A DNA stretch of 64,000 nucleotides, taken from Paraspadella gotoi. Taxonomy: Eukaryota; Animalia; Chaetognatha. This document shows, piece after piece, positions 40,240 to 54,796 of this stretch (position 1 is its first letter; every line of letters begins with the position of its first letter). The translations under genes and the position numbers were made by a program. The notes beneath the pieces were generated by a model. That model did no database searches and was not told where the DNA came from. It saw only the letters and a program-made list of their open reading frames with translations. The stretch spans positions 6,983,645 to 7,047,644 of the forward strand of contig CM119263.1 of NCBI GenBank assembly GCA_051294375.1, written 5' to 3'.

Positions 40240-41253
40240 TACAACGATGTGTGCATTGATGCGTGCAATTAATAATGAGAGGAGACGGAATGTCAAATAT
40301 CAACGCAAATATCAACACAGACGGCCGTTCGTGTATAAATAAAATTAAACCCATTATTAAATAAATACATTTCTCTTATTATTATAAGTAGTGATTAGGT
40401 CGATCGTAGAAAAAGAGAAAAAATTAAAAAAAAATCTCATTTTATAAACTTTACCTTCTCCTCATTAAAATTAAAAAAATAAAAATAAAATAAAAAAGAA
40501 AAAAAAATTAATGTTTCTCAAAGGAAAATTTCGAATGAAATCGAAGCCTTAATAGAAAACCTAATTTCTCGTTGGAAAAACTGCGAGGTAGGAAATAAAA
40601 GGAGGTAGTGGGGGAAAGAGCGGCGGTGTCAGTGGGGGAGTTCTGAGTAAGAAGGTGGTTGGTGATGGAAGAGAGTGGTCTGGAAAGGACAGACGAAAAG
40701 AAAGGAAGAAGTGGAAAATAGGTGGGTTTTGGTGGAATTTAAGAAGAACTGGGTGGAAAATAAAAGCATAAAAAGCGGAAAATCCTCGAGTCCGACGTTT
40801 CGACCAATCAGCGAGCGTAGGACGTTGTTCGTCGTCGTCGTTTCGTCTATCATAACCGTTTGCCGTCGTGATTTTCGTCGTCGTCGTCGGCGTCGTCTTC
40901 GTCTTCATCATGAGTCAGTTGCGAAGCAGCGCACGGACACCGTGAAGGTTAAACGAGGCCCCGCTGTGTGATAGAGGAGCGGGTGAGAGATAATGAGGCT
41001 GGCAATTGAGGGGTCGAAGTATTAGCATATGAATAATTTCATTTTCAAACATTCATAACTCTTTTTTAAGCACCCCCATTCCACCCAGAATACAAAACAA
41101 CCCAATTCACCTTAAGACAACCCAGTCCAGCCTAATGAAACGCATAACCCATCGACCTAATTTAAATTCGCACCGGAATTCGAGAATTTTAAAGATTAAA
41201 TTGAGAGCAAGAATTTCGTCGTCGCCATCCGTTGTCATTAAAGTTGAAGCTCA

Positions 41254-41291
<38 letters not shown>

Positions 41292-41999
41292 TATCATCGC
41301 TTTTTGATCAAAGAGATCTTTCTTCGTGATTGGCCAATTAATGATTATCATTATTATCTCTGTCCATGTCTTCGTTTTCGGCGTGAGTATTACAAATGTC
41401 GTAGAAATAATTATCGTCGAAATCATCCTTAAAATCGTAATGTGGTCGTCGTCGACGTCATTCTAACTTCGTCGGACGATTAATGAAAAATTGAATTAAA
41501 ACTCGATTCGAAAGAAGAAAATTAAAAATTAATCAACGAAACTTGGTAATTTCTTTTTTTTATTTAAAAAAAAGAAAAGAAAAAGCTTGAGAGTTACGTC
41601 GAAATGTGAAAAATAATAAAAGGAAAGAAGCAAAATCAAGAATGTAAAATACATAACCAAAATGAAATTAAGATGGTTGAAAACTTATAAACTAGACGAA
41701 TGATCATGAAGTGAACTTCTGTATCTCACTTTTCCTTTCAATTTCACACTAGTTTTTGCCTTTCACAGCTTTTCTTTTCTAATCTCACCTTCCTGTTTCA
41801 CCGAAATTCACCTCAGTCAACCTCATCGCAGCTCGACTCACCCAAACATCACCCGAACCTCAACCGAACCTCACCCAAACCTCATCCACCTTTCGCGGTT
41901 CGAGACCCAATTGGGTTCGACGCTCTCATGCGGAGAGAAACGCTTTTCAACTTTTATTCGACAAAAATAAACTTGACTAATTGCAAACAAAGTCTCTCA

Positions 42000-42127
<128 letters not shown>

Positions 42128-42454
42128 CTCTCTCTCTCTCTTCTCTCTCTCAGTCATTCTCCGCTCCGCCGACAGCCTTCGCGCGGTGAATCACCTCACC
42201 TTTTCATTGTGCTCGCGTCATTCGGTTTTTTTTCTCCACAAATCATCATCGTTCATTCGCCTCTGGGTCTCCCTCCCTCACTCCCTCTCATTATCTCTCC
42301 GTCCTTCCTTCCCTTCCTCCCTTTTTCTTTCTCTTCCTACCTCACTTCGCATTTTCTCTTTTCTATCTTCGCCTTTAATTTTATCTTATTCTTATTCACA
42401 CTATCTTAAATTTATTGTCTCTAACATTTCTCTTTTTCTCTCTTTTTCTCTCTT

Positions 42455-42456
<2 letters not shown>

Positions 42457-42534
<78 letters not shown>
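42457..42534. repeat. (CAT)n trinucleotide microsatellite
   Basis: About 26 uninterrupted units. Similar (GAT)n tracts lie at ~8040-8160 and ~51145-51210. Confidence 0.95.
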
Positions 42535-42537
<3 letters not shown>

Positions 42538-42752
42538 CGTGTAAAACAGTCAAAGCTCATTGCTCCAACCAATTAAAGAAACAACTTCGACCCCATAAAA
42601 GAATCACTCTACTTCACCGCTCCCCTTCACCTTGCTCCTGTTCCCAGCCACGCCCCCCCTGCAACCACCCGGTAGACTTTTCGCACCATTTGGATGTTTG
42701 CGGATTCTCGGAGACAACTCGTTGATTGAGTGGATTTCAGTTGTGAAAACCC

Positions 42753-42793
<41 letters not shown>

Positions 42794-43596
42794 GAAAACG
42801 ACCAACTGGAAACTTTTTTTTTCGTTTTTGACTTCCGGTTTTTTTATTTTTTTACATGACAGTTTCATGTTATCTACGGAAGTTCTTACTTCGTGTGATT
42901 TACATCCAGTGTCCATGCAACTTTCTGTTCGTCAGATTTTGCATTTAGCGAAATGGATCATTAATTTGGATATTAGTTGCTTTGCAAGAAAGTTTTTGCT
43001 GAGATAGATACAATTGGAAAATGTACCCAAAAATTGACTCGGAAAAAGAAAATAAGATCAAGGAATCAACATTGGAGAAAAGAAAAACAGATAAACCAAT
43101 AAAAGAAAAGATATCGAAAAAAAAAGAAATAAAAAGTAATAAAAAAAAGAAAGAATACGAAAAATGAAAAGAAATGAAACAACTGGTTCTACGACCTCGT
43201 ATGTGCAGTTTGTGCACTTTAAATATTAACCAATCGAAATTTTTATAGCCTTTTTCGTAAGACACTAATGAGAAACTTGAGAGAAGATGCAAAAGAATAG
43301 TTACATTTAGAACAACATACAATAATAACAACAACAACAACAATAACAACAATCCTTTCTTTCTAAAGACGAGAGAAAAAAAAAGCGAAAAAACTGGGAG
43401 GATATTTGCGCCGACGTGACAAAAGGCGCACCGGCCGACGTCCGTCTTGAGCTGCGCTTGAACTCTCTTACTCTCTCTCCTCTCTTCTCTCTCTCTCTAC
43501 TCTCTCTCTCTCTCGGACTTGGACATGGGCCGTCATCTTAATATTCACCGCCACAAACACACAAGAACAGCGAAGCGATCACTTTCTCTCTCTCTC

Positions 43597-43662
<66 letters not shown>

Positions 43663-45399
43663 CTCTCTCTCTTCTCTCCTTTTTCTACCCATTCTGTCGG
43701 TCTCTGGTTATCTCCTGTCTGGGTTTAGCTCGTTTTCACGGTTTTGGGAATATCGGAGTCTTGGCGAGACAGGAGACGCATGGGGGGATCCGAGGAGAGG
43801 GAGGAGAGAAAAAGAGAAGAAAGAGGAGAGAGAAAGGGAAAGAGAGAGAGAAGAGAGAGAGAGAGAAAAATAGGGAGAGGAGAGAGAGAGAGAGAGCAAG
43901 AGAATGAGAAAGCAGAAAAGAGAGAAGCAGAGAAGATAGAGCAAGGAGACGAGATGAGAGGCAGAGATAGAGAGAAAGCAGAGGGCAGAAGCAAAATTAA
44001 AAAAAAAAAAAGATTAAGATAAGATAAGCAAAGAAAGAACAAGAATACTGCATTCGGAAGCTTATACAGACAAAGACCGACAAGCTAAAGAGAACCAGAA
44101 AGAACAAGCAACAGAGCAACGGCAAGAGCAAGCAATGAAATAACACACTCCAAGATACAAAAAAGCAGAAAGAAAGACGAGAACAATAATGAAAGAAAGA
44201 AATAAAAAAAACGAATAAAAAGTAAAAAGAAAGAAAGAAAGAAAGAGAGAAAGAAAGTAGATTTAGATAAAGAAAGGCAGACAGGGAGAGAGAGAGATAG
44301 ACGGGAAAGGACTTTTAGTGAAAGAGAGCCGAGTCTAGGTATACTAAAAGCTTCTGTCGTTGTTGTCGTCAAATTTGTTTTTATTTCGTCGTCGTTGTTG
44401 TTGTTTTTCTTATTTGTGTTTGGGATGACCGAAGTCGGATGAAAAGGAGTTTTTAAGCCAAAGTGTTTCTGAGAACAAAACATCGGCTTAGTCTCTCCAT
44501 CTCCCTCTCTCTCTCTCTNNNNNNNNNNNNNNNNNNNNNNNNNCTCTCTCTCTCTCTCTCTCTCTCTGGATCGGAGGCCAATCAGAGGCGTTGGGGAGGG
44601 AGGGAAGTGGGGAAAGGGTTTCTCGAGATAGTGGAGGGCAAGGGAGATTGTTGAGTCGACGTGTGTTGATTAGAGTGAGCATCTCAAAGAACAAAAATTT
44701 ATTTGAATGATTGAACAATAATATGAGGATTACCGTAACGCCCTGTGAGCGAAGCTAGTGTTTTCGACTTGCTATTTATAGAGATTCGAAGAATGGTAAA
44801 ATTTTATAATATAAGTTATCTGTAGTAGACATAACATGAGCGTGAGACTGAGCAAGTAGAAGGTCATGGACTATTTCAATAGATACTCAAAAAAAAAGAA
44901 ATCTTCTATTAAAAAATATGTCAACTTTAAGCTTAACCATTAAAATTACAAAATATCTTTTAAATGCTTACCGACTGGCACGAATCATTGGTAACTTATC
45001 CTCTTATTTTAGGTAAGCACATCTCTTTTATATCTTGGTTAAGACACAATCATAAGCGACTAAACCATCAGAGACGACGTTAAAATACTGATCAAATCAG
45101 ATACTTCTAAGCAACAAAATACAATTCAATAATAAAAAGGCATCAACACAATCCGAGAGACTATCTCGTAACAAATAAAAAAATTTAAACAATCCCCCAT
45201 CTACGACAGGATATAAAAATTAATTTATAGATAGAGGGTTACTTTGAAAATATTATGTACGTCTTCAAAATGATAACTAAAATATCATAAACAATTTTAA
45301 AATCAACAGTAACGATAGCATGCAAAGTTAATGGTAACTACTTTTAAATCAGAAAACAAATCTGTACAAAGTTAGGAACCAAAATTTTAAAAAATGTTC

Positions 45400-48300
45400 A
45401 TTCTATTCATCCACTTCAATAAGGATGATAGCGTCATGCATTAATGACAGAAGTCAAGACTTACCCATGTCAGGAAAAGCAGCAGCTTCAAGTATACAAG
45501 GCAGAGCGATCGCGGAGAAAAGTTTTCCCATTCCCCGACGACCAAGACCCGACTTACAAGCTGGCTGGATTCATACTTGTCGGAAAATCGTCGTCAACGA
45601 CGGCCCCATTAGACCATTGTGCCGCGGAACCAGTTCATTGGTGATGAGCACCAAATCGCCCTTTGAGATTTCTCGCGGTCTTTCTCCAGGTCATTCTGCA
45701 GATTGCAGCAGCGAAATATATTGCGCTGCCATCGGCCCAAGAATTCATCGGCCAATTGGCAGGCCTGCTTCCAAGCATCACGAAAACGTGCATTGCCGTC
45801 GTGGGAGGGATGAATCAGAGGATGCCGGCAACGCCGTGACACCGGATTGAGAATAATGATCGCGTTAAGGCCTCAAGATCGTTAGCTTTCATTTGAACTC
45901 GTGTCAGTGGGCGACGTTAACTATGCCTTCGCAACTGTTACCAGCGCTTGAAGGAAGGTATCAGATTGAATTTCTCTTTTGTCAGAAATAAAATTGAAGA
46001 GCTTGTTTGACTCGGTTCTGACCAACCTTTCCCAAACACCTCCCCAATGAGGACATGAGGAGGAAAATTGAATGCCATTCAATGTGGTCGGTTCAATGAA
46101 GCATGACTTGTGATCAGATTCCATTCAGATGCCTTAAGAAGTCTTTGTTGGCCCAACAAAGTTGGTGCCATGCTCAGATAGATATGTACTCCAGTCGGCG
46201 GGCACTGGAACGATCGAGCAGCATTATGAATGCTGCAGTACGAGAGTCCATTATTACCTTAAATGCACAAGCTCTTACTCGTTAAACATTAAATATTAAA
46301 ACCCAATGTTTTATGTTACTTCTTCCAGACTTAAATGAAAATGACCAAATGTATCAACTCCTGTGGCGTTCAAATGGGTAGGCCTATTGATCGAACATAG
46401 GTAAAGGAGCCATTTTTGTTCTAATGGACGACCATGATGCTTCTTACATGGAATCAAACTAGATAAACTTTCTTTACAGTTGCCCGTCCTTTTATATCAA
46501 AAACGTTGTCTAACTCAGTAAAGAGCTTGCCTCAGTACCACCTATGGGCAAGAAATCATGAGGTATCGAATCCAAGAATGACATCTTTGTCATTTGAAGT
46601 TTAGAATGCTGGGACTGCTTGGATGGCGGGTGTCAAATCTGCTCTGTGCAAACGACCACCTACTCGGAGTGAATTCATTTTCATCCAAAAAAGCGATCAA
46701 ATGCTTTAATGGAGAAGCAAACCCACATAACCTTTTTGTTTTGTTCCAAGACATTTCATTCACCCAGGATGCTTATTGCATTGCTCGCTATGAGGGACCT
46801 TAAACACTAGAATTCTTAGAAAGAAATCATACTCGCGGATGAAATGCTTTCGAGTAGTTTATATAAGCGTTGAGCTCTGCATTTGGTATTCAGAAAGTGA
46901 AGAAATAATTTTTCCTTTTAGTTATAAAGTTGACACGCCCGAAATATGGCAAGCCTTCTTATGATTTATCCCAAGTAGAAATGTGGCTGTCAGATCATAA
47001 GAATACTAAGTCTTATGATACTTTTAGAACCGAATTGGAGCTGCAAACAGTCATGAATCGCGTAGATATGGGAGCCTGCAGAGGCTCCTCGAGTAGGCCA
47101 TGTCATTCTTATTACATAACAATAGTTAGGACATTGGTGTAAAAATTCCAGCATCCTGATATCAGCAACAATGCCTCGTGAACAGAGGTCAGCTGGGTTT
47201 TGTTGTGGACGTATCGCCAGTGTTCTACTTTAGTCTTCAGCAGTGAATTTTACTAAGCGAATTGGCAACAAAGTTTGTAATGTGGATCATTCTTATTTGT
47301 TTCAAACACAGTTAGATCGTAACCATGAAGTAGTTTATCATAGAATAAATCAACTTGACTGTACAATAAGTCCAGCAGTCTCCGCGCGAAGAAAGCAACG
47401 GACTAACTCTCCTTGGATTAGACCCATGTAAACCAGTATTAATTTGATGAGTGGCAATACCCTTTGCCTCCATAAAAATGAGACGTTAATATTTCCTTCA
47501 TTATCTGTCAGTCTTTCATACGCAGCAAGACCCCGAACCTTCCATTGACGCATCGCTAAACATGCTGCAATTCCTGCAGATGATCTGTTCATGTCTTTTG
47601 GAAGAGAGCCAACGAGGAATCATACCTTTCAAGATTACCATAATATCTCGCCATTCTTTCAATCAGCTTGGTTTCTCTCAGCGGATTATTTCATCCCAAC
47701 CAAGTTTATCTTGCCACAAACTTTGTACCTTGTTGTCAGCAATGAGAATAAGGGATGCTGCAAAACCTAATTGCGGTCAAAGATGGAAAGCAGTGAGAGA
47801 AAGAGCTTTTCTCCTTGTCGTGACCTTTCCCCATCTTTAAACATGCTTATTTAAACCCATAAACAATCTGTTGTTACATCAGGAAATATCCCAGAGGCCT
47901 TTCGTGTTGGATTTCTTCGAGTCAAAAAACATTTGCGTGGATTTGCAAGCAGTGAGGGATCCATACCAGCCAACAACTCTTTATGTTTGACACAAATTTC
48001 CCAGCTCAAAACCACCTTGCCTAAGTACTTATTCAATTGGTCCAATAAGCTGTTGTCCTGGAGAAACATTTGGTTTGAAGTGATGATGTCATCAACATAC
48101 ATCTCTTCTCTTTATCGTGTTTTAACTTCTGTACATAAATTATCTTTTGTTTTGTGTTGCATGTCTTGGACAGCAAGTGGCAGCTTTGGTGCTGGTTTGG
48201 CACCAAAGACAAGCAATTGTATGGCAACAGAATTGAAGGATTCTTCTTTCATTCCCTGTTCAGCCCAAAACCGAAAACGGACCATGCACTCTCATCTTGA

Positions 48301-51050
48301 GCACCATCACACCTTGCGTGCGTAAAAAAATTCTTTAACATCAGCCCATGATGCTATATTCCAATGTTTTCACGAAATTCATCAAACAGCCAACGAAGGA
48401 TTGGTTTGCCAAATGCAGGGCCAGACAAACAGTTGAGAATTCAAAACTCCTGTCTCGCCTTGCATCATGCGCATATTCTCACCTTGCCGGTCTAGTCATC
48501 TCCTTTGGACCAGGATTCATAGCATAACCCAAATGGTTTCCTTGCGGTCTGTCAAAAGATTCTTAACAATGAAATTATAACCTTCCCTTAACCATGTCTC
48601 AACTTGATCAAAAACATGTGTTGTCTGACTCCTCATTGTTCTCCAAACAGTCCTTCACCTTTTTCAATCTTTGCAGTGCCATTTTTGCCGATGGCATCTG
48701 GGTCAAGACCTCAGCAGCTTGTTGCCCGACTCTCCTTCCCAAGTAAGAAACTGATTAATTGCCCTATCAAACAAATTTTACAGAGTCCTTTAAAAACTCA
48801 AAAGCTTTTTTATCATTTATGGACTCACAATCCTTTTTCTTATCTGGTGGTCATTAAGATTCTGATGGAAAAAGTTATCCAACTTTTTACAAAATCTCAT
48901 TGTCAAAATTAATAGCATCACACTAAACTGAGAGCAGGCTGAAGAGTTAACCGCCAAAATACTTCCACCCCCATCGTGTTTGAAACTGCACAAGCGTGCA
49001 TTCCGAGGGCCTCTACGCATGCGTAGAAGCATCAGCACAGGGAATGGGCGAAGATCCATACCTATCAATACATCAATCTTGAAAGGACCACCTGTTTCAT
49101 GTAATTTATATCGGTTTAAATGAGGTTAATTTTGTAACTTTTCTGCAAGTAGGAATGAAGCATTTCCATTTGAAAGGCTCTAGCTATGACAACAGACTTG
49201 GTATCGACCTTAAAGTCATCATCTAAGGAGTTTAAAGTTTAGAGGGACTTGGACCGTAGCTCAGTCTTGGTAGTATCAAGAGTTGACACTGTTAACCAGT
49301 GCTTTTGTCGGGTAGATTAATCTTTCTGATAGTTCTGTTGAACAACAGTTCAGTACTACCCCGTATCTAATAATGCATAACAACATATGCACCTTTTTCT
49401 TGTACCTAGAATGGCGACTATAGTCTTGATAAAGTACACCCGACATCATTGTGTAGCAAAACCTGTGCAGATGTTAAATCCTGTACTTAGTGGATGTATG
49501 GCTAATTGAAGCTTGTTGCGTTTCAAGTTGGTTTATGGAATCATCATCTGCTTGAGTTCTTTTGTTTGCCGATGAAGCAAAGAATGGTGGTTTTTAGAGT
49601 GTACACGTTTTACAGCATAACTTTTTGATCTTCAGCTCAAAATTTATGTTTATTCAAACACCGGAAAGCATTCAAACGATTACATTCTCTCTAGACATAA
49701 TCAAATCTTTGTACTTGCGGTCCCCATTTCAAAAATGTAGCACAACCAGACAAATAATGTTTACTAGTGCACAAAGGCATGTTAAAACTTTTTACTTGCT
49801 CACTTATCAAATTTTTTGTGAGCACTGTAGATTTCTTTTATTCAGCCGAGCCAATTACGCAAGAATCCTCATTTGTATGATTGGACTACGTAGTTATGCT
49901 CAAAGTCATTGGACCAAAGTGTTAGCAGCTGCCACTTTCATCATTAACATCCTTTGGAGAAAACTTAGGACGAGCCATTATGGGACTCCAGCTGTTGACT
50001 GATCATCCAGGAAATATAAGAACTGGTCAAATTATCCTTTTGCTTCTTGATCACTACTAACGGTCAACTTCTTCCTTTATAACCTTTACTTATATATATA
50101 CTACTTTGCCATATACGTAGAAATGGATGCCGCCTTTATCAATCAAATTGTTTTACAACGATCATTTAGACAAAACTCAGTAATCCCAGACATGAGAAGC
50201 AAGTTGTTTTTAACCTCTTCATGCTCCAAACGAGGTTGTTCTAGACGCAACAAGGCATCGCCTTTACTATTAAAGTAGTCTTGCTTTATACTATCACTTA
50301 ATCTGCTCGCCAGCAGTATGTTGCCTAAACCCCATGATGATAACTACACTTTCTGTTTAGCATAAGCTTAAAAGCCTTTGTTGCATCAGTTCATTTTCAT
50401 GAATTGCTTAATGAATTATGAGTCCTCACCAGTTCGTCATTTCAACAATCTCAAGATACTTTTCACGATCACTCTACGCCCAGAAGCTGTTCCTACATCA
50501 ATATATAACCTGAGATAGAATGCTCTAAACTATAGCTCGTCACCCTTCCACCTCTATTTCCTTAGGCCGTGCTCGCTCCAGTTTTGCTATATGCCAAATA
50601 ATTCTGGAATCAAGGACTTGTAGTAGGAGCTGTCAATGACATGAAGTGGATGCAATCATTGCTTTAAATCGAGTTGGTCCATCGTGGTCAAATTTTTTTT
50701 TTTGCGCAGAAGCTGATCTGTATTATTTTGCCGTGAACTCTTTCAAAGACAAAGTGAGAGTACGTGATGCAACTTTCCCGAGGAGGACGGTGAAAAGTGT
50801 GAAGCGACATCGCCAAACGACTCAGTCCCAAGCGGGTAAAAAATAACGCCAAGCATTGAAGTCAAAAGCGCCCAGCTGCGCATTCGAGGAGACCGCATCC
50901 TCGAGGCCAATTAGATCGCCCCGGTGCCAAGCTTCGCTGTCCCGGTGCCAAGCTTCGCGGTCCCGTGGCCAAGCTGCAATGCCAAGTTTGAAAACGAATC
51001 GTGCTCATCGTTGGACGGAGTTGGTTAAATTCCGTTTGCTTGAGTGAAAT
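45400..51050 (-). mobile_element. Decayed BEL/Pao-family LTR retrotransposon internal region (gag-PR-RT-RH-INT), with many stops and frameshifts
   Basis: Minus-strand motifs appear in BEL/Pao order: Cys/His-rich gag remnants ~49600-49800; protease YALLDTG (~49359-49379) and IDVLIGMD (~49055-49077); RT RFRFW (~48265) and MYVDDII (~48082-48102); RNase H GLAAY...NINVSFL (~47470-47535); integrase TGVDTFGHF (~46342-46368) and CPHWGGVWERLVR (~46020-46058). No LTR pair was recognised, so the boundaries are approximate. Confidence 0.9.
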
Positions 51051-51143
51051 AATGTTTGGCTTCGTGCCAGATTGGCGATGGCACCGTAATTGAGAGAGGG
51101 GGTGAATTTCTGTCATTCGATTAAGAAGATGATGAAGATGAGA

Positions 51144-51187
<44 letters not shown>

Positions 51188-51619
51188 CATGATGATGATG
51201 ATGATGATGATGGGAGATTACGAATGATATATTGGATCTTTCTAGAAGAAGAAAGAAACTTCGAGGAAAACGGAAACGAAAAAAACTAAAAAAACAAAAC
51301 AAAAACAAAAAACAGGAGAAGTAACAGGAGAGGTAAAAAGGACTAATGTAAAAATGAAAAGAAATAAATCTACTATGCCTGGAAAGACTCAAAATTCTGT
51401 GAACCGCGAAAAAAAATACGTTTTTATCCACCATCGACGAAAATCCCCGGCCGCCGCTTTGCACCGGCCGCGCGCCGACGCACGACCGGCCGCCGCATAC
51501 CGTCTGCCCCGCCGCCGCCGCTGCCGGCACGCCGACGATAGAAAAAAAAATTGCCCCCGCGTCGAAAAAAAAAAACAAACAAAAAAAACCCGTATTACTT
51601 GTCAGACATACATTTCTCT

Positions 51620-51688
<69 letters not shown>

Positions 51689-51980
51689 CTCTTCTCTCTC
51701 TCTCTCTCTCCTCCCCATTAATGAACAAAAAGAATCGGCGGCGAACACCCCCCTGTGGACTGCCCCCCCCACACAAACAATCGACTCAATGTTTGGATAG
51801 AAATTCGGATTTAATGATGGATGGTTGATGTGACATCGGCCCTTGGTGGATTCTTTATATTTTGACATTGAGCTTTTTACAATTTTTTTTTGATATTTCA
51901 ATTCTGATAATATTTCCACGGAAATTTATTTCTAACTTCTTCCTCTTTGCTTCTTCTTCCGGTTTACCCTCTCCTTGGTC

Positions 51981-53924
51981 GGTTCCATTGGGATTCCTCC
52001 CAACAGGAATCCTCCCACGCGGGATTCCTCCCACGCGGGAATTCCTCCCACACGGGTTTTCTCCCACACGGGATTCCTCCCAAGGGATTCCTCCCAATGG
52101 AATTGCTCCCACACGGGATTCCTCCCATAAGGATTCCTCCACACGGGATTCCTCCCAAAGGCAATTCCTCCCACGCGGGATTCCTCCCACACGGGTTTCC
52201 TCCCCACAGAATTCCTCCCATTAGCGAATTCCTCCCAGCTGCGGGATTCCTCCCATGCGGGATTCCTCCCACACGGCGATTCCTCACAACGAGATTCCTC
52301 CCACACAGATTCTCCACACACGGAATTACCTCCCCGCGGAGATTCCTCCTATGCGGGATTCCTCCCACGCGGATTCCTCCCCACACTGGATCCTCCCACG
52401 CCGGGAATGATCCTCCCACACGCGATTTCCTCCCATCGCGCGCCGGCATTCCTCCCCACACGGGATTCCTCCCACGCCTGGGGATTCCTCCCAGCGGGCA
52501 TATCCTCCCATCACGACTCGGATTCCTCCCACACGCGGATTCCTCCCACGCGGGATTCCTCCCACGCGGGATTCCTCCCATGCGGGGATCCTCCACGCGG
52601 ATCCATCCCACACGGGACTTCCTCCCACGCGCGATTCCTCCACGCGGTATTCCTCCCACACGCGGATTCCTCCCACGCAGGATTCCTCTCACACAGGATT
52701 CCTCCCCACGCGGGATTTCTCCCACGTTCCAATAAAAAAAAACAACGTTTGAGCAAACAATGTCGCGATCTGCCTACGATAATTAAGTGTGGTAATAAGC
52801 TAAACTTTGTTCAACTTGCATAATTTAATTCAATTGCATTATTTACGGTCATAACTGGCATACTTGGTCAAACTGACAAAAATTTTTGTGTAAACTTGCA
52901 TAATTTTGGTCAACAGGCATAATTTCTGGCTCAACTGCATAATTGGTTAACCTGCAGAATTTGGTCAACTGGCATATTGTCAATGCATAATTGTCAATCA
53001 ATCAATCAATTCAATCAATCAGAGAGAGATAGAGACGAGAGAAACCTTTAAAAAATTCAAATAAATGGTGCTCTTTTGGTTTTCTAATTTGAACTCTTTT
53101 CCACAACTACGCATTACATCAAAAAATTTATATTCAGCTTTATCACATACTTTTTCTACCCACACACAAAATTTTATTTTAATTGAATCAATTTTTTTCC
53201 TTGAAAAAGAACATGCAACAAGAAAGTTAATCACAAATTTAAGGGGCAGGAATCCCGTGTGCGGCAGGAATCCCGTGTTGGAGGAACCCTGCGTGGGAGG
53301 AATCCCGTGTGGGAAAGGAAATCCCGTGTGAGGAATCCCGTGTGCAGAGTAATTCCCGCGTGGGAGGAAATCCCGTGTGGGAGAATCCCGCGTGGGCAGG
53401 AATCCGTGTGGAGGAATCCCGCTGTGGGAGGAATCCCGTGTGGAGTAATCCCGCGTTGGGAGGAATCCCGGTGGGAGAATCCGTGTGGGAGGAATCCCGC
53501 TGTGCGGAGGAATCCGTGTGGGCAGGAATCACCGCGTGGGAGGAATCCCGTGTGGAGGAATCCCGGTGCGGAGGAATTCCCTGCGTGGAGGAATCCCGTG
53601 TGGAAGTGGAATCCCGCCCGTGGGAGCGAATCCCGTGTGGGCGAGGAATCCTTGGTAGAATTCTTGGCGAGGATCCCCAGTGGGAGGGAATCCCGTGTGG
53701 AGGAAATTGCGGAGGAATCCTTGCGGGAGGAATCCGTGTGCGCGGGCAATACCTGTGGGAGGAATTCGTGGAGGAGAATCCCGGGGAGGAACCCCGAACA
53801 ATTGTGGGAGGGAATCCCCGTTGTGGGAGGAATCCCATGGCGGAGGAATCCCGCGTGGGAGGAATCCCGTGGTGACGGAATCCAGCTGCGAGGAATCCCG
53901 ATGTGGCAGGATACCACAGCCACC
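51981..53924. mobile_element. Non-autonomous foldback-type DNA element whose long inverted arms are built from ~17-bp tandem units
   Basis: The left arm 51981-52730 is (GGGATTCCTCCCACRC)n and the right arm 53243-53915 is its reverse complement (GYGTGGGAGGAATCCC)n, around a ~510-bp AT-rich spacer. Termini are GGT...ACC. The flanks TCCTTGGTC (51972-51980) and CTCTTGGTC (53925-53933) resemble a 9-bp target-site duplication. Confidence 0.75.
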
Positions 53925-54749
53925 CTCTTGGTCACGACAACAACAACAACAAAAACAAAAACAACAATTTTTAAAAAGAACTCCTCTGATTTCCATCTCC
54001 CTCTTTTACTTTTTCTCTTTCTTTTCTTTTCTTTTCTTTCTTTCTTTTCTTTTCTTTTCTTTCTTTTTCTTTTCTTTTCTTTTCTTTTTTCTATTCTTTT
54101 CATTTCTTTTCTCATCTCATCTTTGTCTCTCTCAATCTCCTTCCTTTAATCTTCACTCAATTTCTGATGGAAGGAACCAAAAAAAAAAAAAAAAGAAAAA
54201 GAAAAAAAAGAGAAAATCCCAATCCCTTCGGTTATTTCGCACTTTCCTGACAGCCCCGTTGCACGCCGAGCGCCGCTCGTCACGTGTCAGCTAATGTCAT
54301 CCCGTGGCACGCCGTGGCAACTCTTGCCAGCACGTCGTGCATATGCCTTTTCTCTCCTTATGTGGCAGGTATCGAGTGGGCGTCAAATTTCGCGCCACTT
54401 TGCGATCGGAATTCGAGGAAGAAGCAGTGGCCTGAGATGGCGTTTAGTCACGGCACGTGACATTTGCCACGTCGTGACATTATTCCAGATCCAGTTTCTA
54501 AAATTCTTCATTTCAGAGAGTCAGAACAATTCGACTCAGGAAAGGTGCAAATAGCGAATGATTCTTCAAAACATTTCAGTTTTATGTCATATCATAGATA
54601 TTTATATTTTTTATTTGAAAAAAAAAGTTTTTTTCGGCCCTGAAGTTGAACCTTTTAAATGGGAAAAGTTTTTAAGAAATCTATAAGCAAAAGTTTCCTT
54701 TGTTAGATCACTCTATGAAACCAGCACCTGCAAACCAATAACAAATTCA

Positions 54750-54796
<47 letters not shown>

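Noticed and set aside
44720-45400. 3' LTR of the BEL/Pao element
   Set aside because: No matching direct repeat was found beyond 51050, and no clear TG...CA boundaries, PBS or PPT were seen.
51981-53915. CRISPR-like appearance of regularly repeated short units (also 7087-7213 and 12697-12966)
   Set aside because: The units are head-to-tail with no unique spacers, there are no cas genes, and the context is eukaryotic.
51855-54294. Long overlapping ORFs (up to 296 aa) rich in GGIP/WEESR/GRNP
   Set aside because: They are translations of the stop-poor 17-bp satellite, open in nearly all frames on both strands, so not a gene.
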